Shown piece after piece: positions 24,801 through 33,148 of a stretch of DNA of 38,031 bases. The DNA comes from Chlamydiia bacterium. GTDB taxonomy: Bacteria; Chlamydiota; Chlamydiia; Chlamydiales; JBMOFD01. How positions within the stretch are numbered: the stretch's first letter is position 1; each line of letters starts with the position of its first letter. The position numbers and the translations under genes were made by a program. Below the pieces are notes generated by a model. It was not told where the DNA came from, searched no databases, and saw only the letters and a program-made list of their open reading frames with translations. Location of the stretch: NCBI GenBank assembly GCA_049314435.1, contig JBMOFD010000007.1, positions 1 through 38,031 of the forward strand, given 5' to 3'.

Positions 24801-27348
24801 AGGATGGAAGGCTCTGCTGGGTCGCCTGCATGCGCAAGCGAAGATCCCGAGTCGATTGCACCATCTGATTCAGATGGGGAATCGCCTCCGCGACCTGTTC
24901 CAGAAGCGCTTGGACAGCCTCTCGAACAGGTCGTAATCGCATGGCCTTGCTGATGGGGCCATTCAACATCGGTACGAGGAGATGGAGCTTCTGAAGAGCC
25001 TGTACGCACTCCAGCACGCCATTGGCGTACTTAGGTCCTCTGCGGAGAAGTTCACAGGTGATCTCTTGCCAGCTCTCTTGTAAGTCGGGATCGATCACCA
25101 CCGACTTCAAAGCCATGACGGCTCGAGACATCTCATCGAGACGATCGGCTGCCCCTGCTTTCGTCCAGATCTTCTCAAGCCCTATTCTCATGCCCTCATC
25201 GGCAATCACAGGAGGGAGCTTTTCATTGCGGAGGATTTGTGCGATGGAGCCCCCGATCGTCTCAGTGCCCTTCTGGGTGAGCAGAGCTGCTACCCAAGAC
25301 GCCATCAAGGGGACGACTCGTCCAATGTTACGATCGGCCCCTTGGAGATAGGTGAGTGCTCTCCAGCCCAGGTATTCGATACGTCGACATAGAGAGAGGA
25401 AAGCATCCTGTGTCTTCTGAGGGGTGCCGCTACTCTTGAGCCTTCCTGCATGTCGCTGCAGACGACCGCTGAGGACAGCATAGGCCTCTTTCAGACGTTC
25501 TGGCTGGGTGGTATCTCCGATGGCATCGAGAAGGGATTCAAGATCCCATGTGGTGCCGAGATCGAGGAACGAATCCCGCTGCGCTCCCAGCGCTCCCCCT
25601 ATGTTGGAAGAGGGATCCTCTGATGGCTGCATGTCAGACAGTACAGAGGGGACGGGGTGGCGTATGGTGCCCTCACGGATGACACCCTCTGTGCTTCCGG
25701 TGCCGATCCAGAGGCTGGTTCGTTGAGGATCGACCAGCAGCGTCATGCCTGGCTTGATGTGGGCCTTAGGATCGGGACCTACCAGAACAGGGATACCCAT
25801 CTCACGAAAAGAGGTCGCCCAGTGGGAAAGCACGCCGGCCGACTCTTGAGTGATCACAGCTTTGGTGATCAGACCTTGATCTCGTCTCTTCAGAGCCTCT
25901 CTGAGAGCTCCATCCAGGGTCTTAGCGACGACCAGTTCGGATGGATCATCGATCCTGACGACCTTCTGGCCTGCGGAGACGATGCACTCCTCCATCTTCA
26001 TACGTTGGAGCCCAGCCTTTTTCGCTTTAGAAATGTCCACAAAGGTAGCTGTTTCGGGTGCTCGACTGACGATTGGGCGCACTTGCACGACATAGAGCTG
26101 CCCCTGTTCTACGACGAACTCTATATCGATCGGACCATGGTAGACCTCTTGGAGATGGCGACCTATATCCTCCAGCTGCATCAGCAGCTCGGGACTCAGA
26201 CAGGGACGATCCCACAGTGCAGGTGCGTTCTCCTGGAACTCTGTGCCCTCATCACCAGCTGGAGCCACTCGATAGGATTTACCTCGTATGGCTGAGTAGT
26301 GTTCTCCATGAAGGAGGTAATAGGAGTCGCAGGGGACCTCCCCTGCGACGACGCCCTCCCCATGTCCATAGGTAGCCTGCACCATGACGGCTTCGGGCGT
26401 GGGTCCTTGGACTTCTTGAGAGAAGAGTACGCCACTCACAGGGATCTGATGAGGTTGAGCGTGAGCCGGCTCACGAATCATCCTTTGGATGAGAACCGGT
26501 ACAAAGGCCTCTTGCTCGACCTCTCCGAGCAACATGCGCTGCTGGCTCAGAGAACGTGAGCTGAAGTACGAGGCGATGACTCTGCCCATGGCGGCTGCGA
26601 TGGCGGGCCGTTGGCAGGCCACGTTGGCCACTGATTCGTTGCCGCCGGCATTGGCGGTTTCGGCGGAGTCCTCGCGGCCCGTAGAACGGACCATGGCGAT
26701 CCAGTTGTTCTGCTGCCACTTCTCGAGTAACTGGTTCAGGCCCAAACGATCGATCGCTTCATTAGGAAACTGCTCGAAGACGGCTCTGATCTGCTCGCTA
26801 CAGGCTGTTGGATCTAGAGAGCGCCAGCCTGGGATGTGGTCATCCAAAAAGGCAGCAACTTCACGATGCGATACCGAGAAGAACTCAGGAACTCGTGGCG
26901 CTTGGGCACCGGGGATTTCCTTGAGCTGCAGATCGAGTAGCATCAGGTTGGCGGCCTTGTTCCCAAAGCTCTGGCCCATGACCGAGACAAAAAGCGAAGC
27001 TGCCTGCTGGGGGTCTGCCCATTGGCATAGCTCCCAGAGAGCTTGAGTGGCAGTCGGATCATGACCTGCATTCTGAAAAGGGCTATGAGTTAGATCAAGA
27101 GCTTTGGCTTTGAGAGCTTTGGCAATGGTCTCCGCGTGATCCTGACTCAAGGCTACCAAGAGCTCTCTTACGTCTTGCGGAGCTTCGATGGCCTTCCAGT
27201 TGCGGGGAGCTCTAGGTGACCATGCATTGAAGTCAGCGCCCATCTTGGCCAGGGCTTCCTTGACCGGCGTAAGGGGAGGCCTGATCTTTGGACTCGGGGG
27301 TGCCCATTTGCCTTCATCCCCATGAGACGGAGGTGGAATGAGGGACAT
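21853..27348 (-). CDS. Large protein with PEP/pyruvate-binding (PPDK_N) ATP-grasp domain, phospho-His swivel domain, unknown central region and DUF4116-like C-terminal repeats
   Basis: VRST.REDS...NAG, VLIQRMI, SGVLFS, YGHGEGVVAG, DIEF....LYVVQVRPI; LSHWATSFREMGIPV; C-terminal repeats such as ELVLAAVRAN and IALELVSKDGAALSY. SD GGAG precedes the ATG at 27348. Confidence 0.8.
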   Translation of the reverse strand: MSLIPPPSHGDEGKWAPPSPKIRPPLTPVKEALAKMGADFNAWSPRAPRNWKAIEAPQDVRELLVALSQDHAETIAKALKAKALDLTHSPFQNAGHDPTATQALWELCQWADPQQAASLFVSVMGQSFGNKAANLMLLDLQLKEIPGAQAPRVPEFFSVSHREVAAFLDDHIPGWRSLDPTACSEQIRAVFEQFPNEAIDRLGLNQLLEKWQQNNWIAMVRSTGREDSAETANAGGNESVANVACQRPAIAAAMGRVIASYFSSRSLSQQRMLLGEVEQEAFVPVLIQRMIREPAHAQPHQIPVSGVLFSQEVQGPTPEAVMVQATYGHGEGVVAGEVPCDSYYLLHGEHYSAIRGKSYRVAPAGDEGTEFQENAPALWDRPCLSPELLMQLEDIGRHLQEVYHGPIDIEFVVEQGQLYVVQVRPIVSRAPETATFVDISKAKKAGLQRMKMEECIVSAGQKVVRIDDPSELVVAKTLDGALREALKRRDQGLITKAVITQESAGVLSHWATSFREMGIPVLVGPDPKAHIKPGMTLLVDPQRTSLWIGTGSTEGVIREGTIRHPVPSVLSDMQPSEDPSSNIGGALGAQRDSFLDLGTTWDLESLLDAIGDTTQPERLKEAYAVLSGRLQRHAGRLKSSGTPQKTQDAFLSLCRRIEYLGWRALTYLQGADRNIGRVVPLMASWVAALLTQKGTETIGGSIAQILRNEKLPPVIADEGMRIGLEKIWTKAGAADRLDEMSRAVMALKSVVIDPDLQESWQEITCELLRRGPKYANGVLECVQALQKLHLLVPMLNGPISKAMRLRPVREAVQALLEQVAEAIPHLNQMVQSTRDLRLRMQATQQSLPSWTELEGFDQRWEQFQKQILEPAHALLPALLSDNELERIQAGHLLASITDLTDSVIKTVKGHDALPVEERFRRVRLMVEELQRLSVAATKRVMELPKEKTLPVGREFWVPHPYCQDGYLTVWEAAASRLNNSMDHLAEEKNSGLTPNYGSYLEPSAFNVSSALFTAGTNPSREIGGSVGRAPALETPEVLPAVLVTLEDAFTLAHQNLLAACRLVDRWTIDSMQALPFESQFFLYKFPRGRLSGVNCAADEVSVDLSVPLRNHAAHLCVKQAKEGTGLSVELSLYGHNLTQRWQRLRRLVERTYPGTGAVLRGPSTLPGMETNRDALRAPHALRLTISLSATSMKDIGNLAESLNNILSWTSGYAQDLPRLLPYRPTETQMSRDVLRAMQRKVLVSATSTACSPQALRSCYGGHEGELSAAEHRNLLNLALSTTWKDALGSSLDRLWADSTWLASVGRQNPHMAFLGGAIGHLLNRSLRLELTSQEIDQRLQQLQSLVPSLEQVIRQGTADQGMDKYSQLVPLLQNDPTLARAAIERDVRSIRYLNPENSQFLLLVKEAIQLDRKALGSVERCPAVDNDPEIIEALQQELKRSSATSTSIPNNFLSHPHVVIHALEHGYWWVLKDLPQDIWKDPAIQQAIEAAIPSVVKALTNRWIELRDLPEAIRYLPATRELRRELVLAAVRANPAAANYLDASYAHDQEILTLIEPQIARWIGYIKIHGQRGLGSSVSSNTSPLQNLPPLALAIPAVVIAGIKKTDIQQLEALYRLLNPELRLQEEIALELVSKDGAALSYIERPVRDHRSVQLAAARQTWGALKFMAPEVRAAPDIVEAAVPSALQTVTNPPRSPPGRSPAFFKAMPTALLYQPAILDRVSQSDLWALFKLGSNELANQKASRDRILECAAEAIVQDPAHWPDQQLSKAEAEFKPLWGGSLPKSDDVSRIQHPAKRCYDTMRSMIIEAAHLAKQRDPSIEDRLPAWLRS

Positions 27349-27495
27349 CAGGATCTCCAAGCATTTGCTGAGATCCTTTTCCTAGAGTCCGTTGGTTAAA
27401 GAAAATTTGACCCCCCCTGCGCTGGTCTTATTGGCTTTGCTCGCCGGACCGGCATCTAACCGACTAAGCGCGGGGAGGCCTTGGTGCTTTTGTGG

Positions 27496-27568
27496 GGTTA
27501 AAAATTGTTGACCCTTGTTTTTTAACCAAAAAGACAGCAGTTTTGGTTTGTATTTCGACCAAAAGTCG
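27496..27568. promoter_or_regulatory. Cluster of short inverted/direct repeats upstream of the AAA ATPase gene
   Basis: GGTTAAAAA (27496) / TTTTTAACC (ends 27527); AACCAAAA (27524) / TTTTGGTT (27541); ACCAAAAG (27558). TTGACC lies within the first spacer. Confidence 0.45.
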
Positions 27569-27593
27569 ATGATTTTTGCCCTGGAAAACAGCC

Positions 27594-28952
27594 ATGTTCA
27601 AGAGGCTCATAGACTTCCATCTAGATAAATGGAAAGTGGATCCCTATCGCAAGCCGCTATTGCTAAGGGGCGCGAGGCAGGTGGGGAAGACCTACGCTGT
27701 GAGGCAGCTTGGTCAGAGGTTTCGGTATTTTGCTGAGGTGAATTTTGAACAGCTGGAAGGAGCTGCCTCGATATTCGAAAAGGACCTGGTTCCTGAAAGG
27801 CTCATTCGCGATCTTTCCCTTCTAATAAAGACTCCCATCATCGAAGGAGAGACTCTTCTCTTCCTCGACGAGGTCCAGGAGTCACCTCGGGCCATATTGG
27901 CTCTTCGTTACTTCTACGAGGAGATGCCGGGACTTCACGTGATCGCTGCTGGATCTCTCTTGGAATTTGCGATCGAGAAAGTCGGCCTCCCCGTAGGACG
28001 CATCTCTATGTTGCATATGTACCCACTCTCCTTCGTGGAGTACCTCGTCGCTACAGGAGACGTCCTGATTGCAAGGGAAATCCTGAATCACCCTATTGGC
28101 GTTGCCATGGGTTCTCCGATTCACACGATGATCTTGGCTCGGGTAGGGGAGTATCTTTCGATCGGTGGCATGCCTGAATCAGTGGCACGCTGGGTCCAAA
28201 CGAAAGATCCGGCTCCCTCCTTACAGGTCCTACAACAGATCGCCGCTACCTATCGGCAGGACTTTGAAAAGTACGCTAGAAAGAGCCAAGTGAAATACCT
28301 CGAACAGATCTTTCGCCAGATCCCACATCTTGTGGGAAGAAAATGTTCCTATAGCGAAATCCATGGAGAGTATCGAAAACGAGAGCTCGCGCCTGCATTA
28401 GAACTACTTGAGAGGGCGAATATCCTCCATGTCATTCGTCGGGCCTCTGGGCAGGGGATCCCCATTGGTGCTGAGGTCGACTTTGACGTTTTTAAGGTCA
28501 TCTATCTCGACATGGCATTGTGTCAGGCAATCCTGGGATCCGACATCTCCACATGGTTTCTCAACCCCTTGGAGGGATTTGAGAATCGGGGAGAGATCGC
28601 TGAGGGTTTTGTGGGCCAGGAATTGATCTGCTATGGAAGCCCCACGGCTAAGGGAGAGCTCTATTTCTGGAAGCGCAAGGAAAGGAATAGCCTGGCCGAG
28701 GTCGATTATCTTCTGCAGAGACGAGATCAAATCCTGCCGATCGAGGTCAAGAGCGGTCATGGTACATCCCTACGTAGCTTGTGGCAGTTTTTGGACTCTC
28801 ACCCCAAATCCACTTTTGGCATCCGATTCTCAGCGCTCGACTACTCGATTTGCGACAATCTCGACTCAAGGCCCCTATATGCGGTGGCATCCTTGGCGCA
28901 TGAGAGTCAAAAGGAGGCTCTTGTCAGCCTGCTAGGAGATCTATCGAAATAG
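27594..28952 (+). CDS. AAA_14 ATPase with DUF4143 domain
   Basis: GARQVGKT (Walker A), LFLDEVQ (Walker B), IAAGSLL, PLSFVEYL, GGMPE, and C-terminal EVDY..PIEVKSG PD-(D/E)xK-like motif. ATG 27594 is preferred over TTG 27576. Confidence 0.9.
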   Translation: MFKRLIDFHLDKWKVDPYRKPLLLRGARQVGKTYAVRQLGQRFRYFAEVNFEQLEGAASIFEKDLVPERLIRDLSLLIKTPIIEGETLLFLDEVQESPRAILALRYFYEEMPGLHVIAAGSLLEFAIEKVGLPVGRISMLHMYPLSFVEYLVATGDVLIAREILNHPIGVAMGSPIHTMILARVGEYLSIGGMPESVARWVQTKDPAPSLQVLQQIAATYRQDFEKYARKSQVKYLEQIFRQIPHLVGRKCSYSEIHGEYRKRELAPALELLERANILHVIRRASGQGIPIGAEVDFDVFKVIYLDMALCQAILGSDISTWFLNPLEGFENRGEIAEGFVGQELICYGSPTAKGELYFWKRKERNSLAEVDYLLQRRDQILPIEVKSGHGTSLRSLWQFLDSHPKSTFGIRFSALDYSICDNLDSRPLYAVASLAHESQKEALVSLLGDLSK

Positions 28953-28990
28953 GCATGTAGTTTAGTCTCATCCAGCAACCGGAGGATTCC

Positions 28991-29515
28991 ATGCCCTATC
29001 ACGTCTACCTCGCTGGGCCCATCGTGGGCCTCAGCTTCGACGACTGTGTGAACTGGAGAGAGCAGTTCATCCAGGGATTGCCCGCGGAGATCATCGGGTT
29101 GAGTCCTTTGCGAGGCAAAGATTACCTCGAACAGGAACGGACGATGCAGACTTCCTATGCTCATCACGAACTCTCCTCAGCCAGAGGTCTGACGGCCCGT
29201 GATTTCAATGACGTGAAGCGATCGGATCTCGTGATTGCCAACCTGAGCGGAGCTGAAAAAGTGAGCATCGGGACGGTCATGGAGATCGCATGGGCTAAGG
29301 CGTTCCAGATCCCGGTGATCTTGGTCATGGAGACGACAGGCAATGTGCATCAGCACCCCATGATCCAGGAGAGCATTAGCTTCCAGGTCGACACCTTAGA
29401 AGAAGCCTTGTGGCTGACCAAGGTCGTGTTGATGCCAGGCCCGCATCGTAAGCTAGCTTCGCAGCAGCGGGAAGAGCAGCGGCTTCAGGAAATGGCCGAG
29501 GTGGTCGAATTCTAG
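28991..29515 (+). CDS. Nucleoside 2-deoxyribosyltransferase / DNPH1-like nucleotide N-glycosidase
   Basis: VYLAGP, RD..DV.RSD.VIA, SIGTVMEIAWA....IPV; SD GGAGG. Confidence 0.8.
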   Translation: MPYHVYLAGPIVGLSFDDCVNWREQFIQGLPAEIIGLSPLRGKDYLEQERTMQTSYAHHELSSARGLTARDFNDVKRSDLVIANLSGAEKVSIGTVMEIAWAKAFQIPVILVMETTGNVHQHPMIQESISFQVDTLEEALWLTKVVLMPGPHRKLASQQREEQRLQEMAEVVEF

Positions 29516-29679
29516 AGTGTGATTCTCAACGTTCTTGTTTGAGCTTGGGAGTTCTCCAGAGTAGGGATCTCTGACATCCAGGCAGAAGGACTTTTCTTTT
29601 CCATGACCGTGTGCTACACGGCAGTGAGGCTTTTTTAGCATCGGCCGCGGTGCGTTTACCCGACTCAGGAGTCTAAGGT

Positions 29680-32600
29680 ATGTATGGACGACGAATAGCC
29701 ACACATGCCCTTCTTGGTGGATTTTGGGGCTTTTTGCCCTTCGCAGCCTATGCCACTACAGCGATTTTCATCGAAAACGGGGGCTTATGGAGCGAACCCT
29801 CTAATTGGTCCCCACCTATCGTGCCCAATGGCCCCAACGACATTGCCATCATCCCCGACAATTTTTTTGGCCCATTCATCTCGATTGATGAGCCTATCAG
29901 ACTGGCCTCCCTGCAGTTCATCGGAGCCACAGGCGGAGCATTCCTGTCTTCCTCGGATCCATCCGACACCCTAACGCTCTATACATCATTGGGAGTGGAT
30001 AGCGGAAGTGAAGGCCCTGCCATCTTCGTTACGATCGTCCTACCCAATACCATCCCTTTCGAGATCGAGAGTAACTACATCGAAATCGCAACGATCACAG
30101 GTCCTGGTGGTGTCACCTTAACTGGTGGTGGAAGGTTCCGGCTGAATGGCGGTGGCGCCGATCAATCCTCCTACACCGGGATGACCACGGTGGTGTCGGG
30201 ATCCTTTGAAGCGGCCGTATTCGATGTTATTACGTTTCCGCCCAATTCCCCCTTTGTTCTCGCCGACGATCCCAGTGTCCTGATCAATATTCAGGATACC
30301 TTTCAGACCATCCTCAGCCTGTCTGGGGGAGGGCCTTTGGGCGGGAATGTGCTTCTGGGTGTGAGCCCATCGCAATTAGGGTCGCTCACTACTGGCGATT
30401 CCACCGACACGACCTATGGGGGATCGATCTCTGGATATGGCCCTGTGATTAAGCAGGGGAGTGGAACTTTCACTCTGTTGGGCGCCAGTAGCTATACTGG
30501 AGGAACTTTCCTCAATGCGGGACAAATCACCCTGGGGAACAATGCCGCTCTGGGTCCAGCCCTTCTCACGATGGCAGATGGCACGACATTGAGCCTCAAC
30601 GATGGCGTCTCTGCCGTCAACGAGATACAGCTTCCTGCCGGCGGGATAGGCACGATCAGTGTGCCTTCAGGCACAGGTTCATTGACCGGCAACACTGACA
30701 ATACCACAGGGATCCTCTCGAAATCCGGGGATGGAGTTCTTGTGCTGAGTGGGGATAATCAGCACTCAGGCGGTACAGTGCTGGTCGCTGGTCAGATCAC
30801 CGTAGCCTCCAATACCGGACTGGGTTCGGGCCTCTTGACGATGTCTGATGGCACGACATTGGGTTTGAACGATGGCATCTCTGTGGCGAACTCCATTCTC
30901 ATCGCATCTGGAGGCACGGCGACTCTCAGTGTTCCATCAGGAACCACAACGCTCACTGGACCCTTTTCGACAACAACGGGAGGCCTGACCAAATCGGGTA
31001 ATGGGATCCTGAACTTGTCAGGATTGCTTGGGTATAGCGGCACGACCGCCATCGACGGCGGAGTTCTTGCCCTGAGCGGGAGTGCCACCCTCCCGATCCA
31101 TAGTCCGCTTGTCATCCACTCTGGATCCCTATCTCTCCTTGGTCTCTCGGCACCTCAAATGGTCGGCAGCCTATCTGGCTCAGGTGGCATTCTGCTAGGC
31201 AGCGGGGGCCTCATTGTCGATAGCGCCCTCAGCACCACCTACAGTGGGAGCATCAGCGGATCGGGTGGTCTTACCAAGGCCGGATCTGGCATCCTCACGC
31301 TCACTGGAGTGAACCCACTCACCGGCAACTCAGCTGTATCCGGCGGGACGTTGTCTGTGCAAGGCTCACTCGATCAGTGTACGTTGACCGTCCAGGCAGG
31401 AGCGACCCTCAAAGGGACTGGAACCCTGGGGACTGTCATCGTCGACGGTACTCTACGAGCTGGGAACTCCATCGGCACACTGACCGGACGCAGCTTCCTC
31501 ATGGAGTCTGGGTCCACTCTCATCACCGAGATCAATGCCGGCAATCAAGCTAGTCTCGTCGTGGCTACAGAGACGTTCACTATCGATCCTGGATCCACCT
31601 TCGAACTCATTGCTGACTGTGGTCCTTTCCAGGGCGAGCCCACCTATACGATCGTGACAGCTGGTAGCGTGTCAGGGACCTTCTCCTCTGTGCGCAACAC
31701 CACTCTTCCTCGCTTCTCCCCCAGCCTGGTCTATCTCGAGGATGCCATTGAACTCAGCCTCACTCCCATCTATTTCCAGGATGTTCTTGAGGACGCCGCT
31801 CTTGGGTGCTGTCAGGCAAGACACGTGGCTGGGTACCTCGACTGCCTCTACTTTAACGGCCTTATCCCTTGTGAGAGCGATCTATCCAGGGTCATCACCG
31901 TCCTCAACGGAGCCACTCCCTGTGAACTGAGCTTCGCATTCGATCAGCTCCACCCAGCTCCCTATGCTGCCATGCTGGTGGCTCAGCAATATAGCTCCCT
32001 CAATTACCTCGACACACTCGTCGATCGATTGGATCAGACCCGTACTCTTGCCTCCTACGGATGGGACGATGCATGCGCGCACGTATGGCTTACTCCCTTT
32101 GGCAGCTTGGCCAAGCAGGGGTCTCTATGCGATCAGCTAGGCTACCATGCCCGTGAGAAGGGTATCACCCTCGGTGCCGATGCACAGGGAGAACATTGGC
32201 TGCTGGGTGCAGCGATCGGTTACACCTCAACGCACATGGAGTGGTCCAGTAGCTATATGGGAGCTAGCCTGCAGAGCTACCACGCCGCTCTCTTTGGGCG
32301 AGCATTCGGTCGCTACGCCTACCTGGATTTGGCCATCGGCGGCGCCGGAGATACCTACCATGGCAGCCGCTCCATCCAGTTTGCCTCCTTGGCCGGATCG
32401 ATTCAGCGCACGGCGTGCTGGGATGTGGATGGCGGCGAGGTGGACCTCTACGTGGGACTGGGCGTCAATACCCATGACTTTCCTGTGGATCTAGCTGTAG
32501 AGGGCTCAGTGGACTGGATGCACATGCATCGGTCGGCCTTTGTGGAACATGGGGCAGGGGATGTGAACCTTTCGGTACAGCGCGAGTCGACAGATTTGCT

Positions 32601-32904
32601 ACGTACCGAGGTGCGGCTATGGGCCTCCAAACAGATATCCAGTTGGGTCCCCCAGCTCGGCTTAGCCGTAGCCTATGACCATCGCCCGCATGCCCTCTTA
32701 AGTGGAGCCTTTGCCAGCGAATGCGGAAATGGCTGCTCCATGTGTGTTGATGGCCTCGCTCCCAGCCGCTTTCTCATCATTCCTAGAGCTAAAATCACGC
32801 AAGTGATGAATGACAAGTTCTCTATTGCCCTGTCCTACGAGGGTGATTTTGCTGATGAGTATAGTGAGAATACGCTGTGGCTTGAACTTGGTTATGCATT
32901 CTGA
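29680..32904 (+). CDS. Autotransporter outer-membrane protein with passenger-associated (PATR) repeats
   Basis: Signal peptide; Gly/Thr/Ser-rich passenger with repeated L.K.G.G.L.L.G...Y.G.T....G.L; GNSIGTLT; C-terminal beta-barrel ending LELGYAF. Confidence 0.9.
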   Translation: MYGRRIATHALLGGFWGFLPFAAYATTAIFIENGGLWSEPSNWSPPIVPNGPNDIAIIPDNFFGPFISIDEPIRLASLQFIGATGGAFLSSSDPSDTLTLYTSLGVDSGSEGPAIFVTIVLPNTIPFEIESNYIEIATITGPGGVTLTGGGRFRLNGGGADQSSYTGMTTVVSGSFEAAVFDVITFPPNSPFVLADDPSVLINIQDTFQTILSLSGGGPLGGNVLLGVSPSQLGSLTTGDSTDTTYGGSISGYGPVIKQGSGTFTLLGASSYTGGTFLNAGQITLGNNAALGPALLTMADGTTLSLNDGVSAVNEIQLPAGGIGTISVPSGTGSLTGNTDNTTGILSKSGDGVLVLSGDNQHSGGTVLVAGQITVASNTGLGSGLLTMSDGTTLGLNDGISVANSILIASGGTATLSVPSGTTTLTGPFSTTTGGLTKSGNGILNLSGLLGYSGTTAIDGGVLALSGSATLPIHSPLVIHSGSLSLLGLSAPQMVGSLSGSGGILLGSGGLIVDSALSTTYSGSISGSGGLTKAGSGILTLTGVNPLTGNSAVSGGTLSVQGSLDQCTLTVQAGATLKGTGTLGTVIVDGTLRAGNSIGTLTGRSFLMESGSTLITEINAGNQASLVVATETFTIDPGSTFELIADCGPFQGEPTYTIVTAGSVSGTFSSVRNTTLPRFSPSLVYLEDAIELSLTPIYFQDVLEDAALGCCQARHVAGYLDCLYFNGLIPCESDLSRVITVLNGATPCELSFAFDQLHPAPYAAMLVAQQYSSLNYLDTLVDRLDQTRTLASYGWDDACAHVWLTPFGSLAKQGSLCDQLGYHAREKGITLGADAQGEHWLLGAAIGYTSTHMEWSSSYMGASLQSYHAALFGRAFGRYAYLDLAIGGAGDTYHGSRSIQFASLAGSIQRTACWDVDGGEVDLYVGLGVNTHDFPVDLAVEGSVDWMHMHRSAFVEHGAGDVNLSVQRESTDLLRTEVRLWASKQISSWVPQLGLAVAYDHRPHALLSGAFASECGNGCSMCVDGLAPSRFLIIPRAKITQVMNDKFSIALSYEGDFADEYSENTLWLELGYAF

Positions 32905-33148
32905 ATTTTCTGGTCGATAGCGAGCTCTGTGGCAAAGACTGCTCTGATCCCTGGATCCTGGAGCCTTTGAGAAGTAGGGAACCACCCAAGCTACCTGTTG
33001 GCGAACAGGGAGATCTCTGGGCTCTAGATAGAAGAACTCCCTTGAAACCGATGTCGATGCGCTCGACAAAGCTCGTGGCCTGGGAGTATCATGAGAACAG
33101 TTCCCATCCATAGCCGGCCCGAGCTGCGTTTGCATTAGGATTATTTTC

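Noticed and set aside
21853..27348. Calling the gene ppsA, ppdK or rph
   Set aside because: No recognisable pyruvate-binding barrel, the His domain is not C-terminal as in RPH, and the protein is about twice the usual length.
27411..27480. SRP (4.5S) RNA
   Set aside because: The minus strand has GGTCCGG but lacks the conserved GGAAGGAAGCAGC-type domain IV motif.
29680..32904. Calling the autotransporter a pmp gene
   Set aside because: It lacks the repeated GGA(I/L/V) and FxxN motifs and has PATR repeats instead.
32905..33148. Gene remnant or riboswitch upstream of the EamA gene
   Set aside because: No recognisable protein motif or riboswitch consensus; the 180-aa minus ORF overlaps both neighbours.
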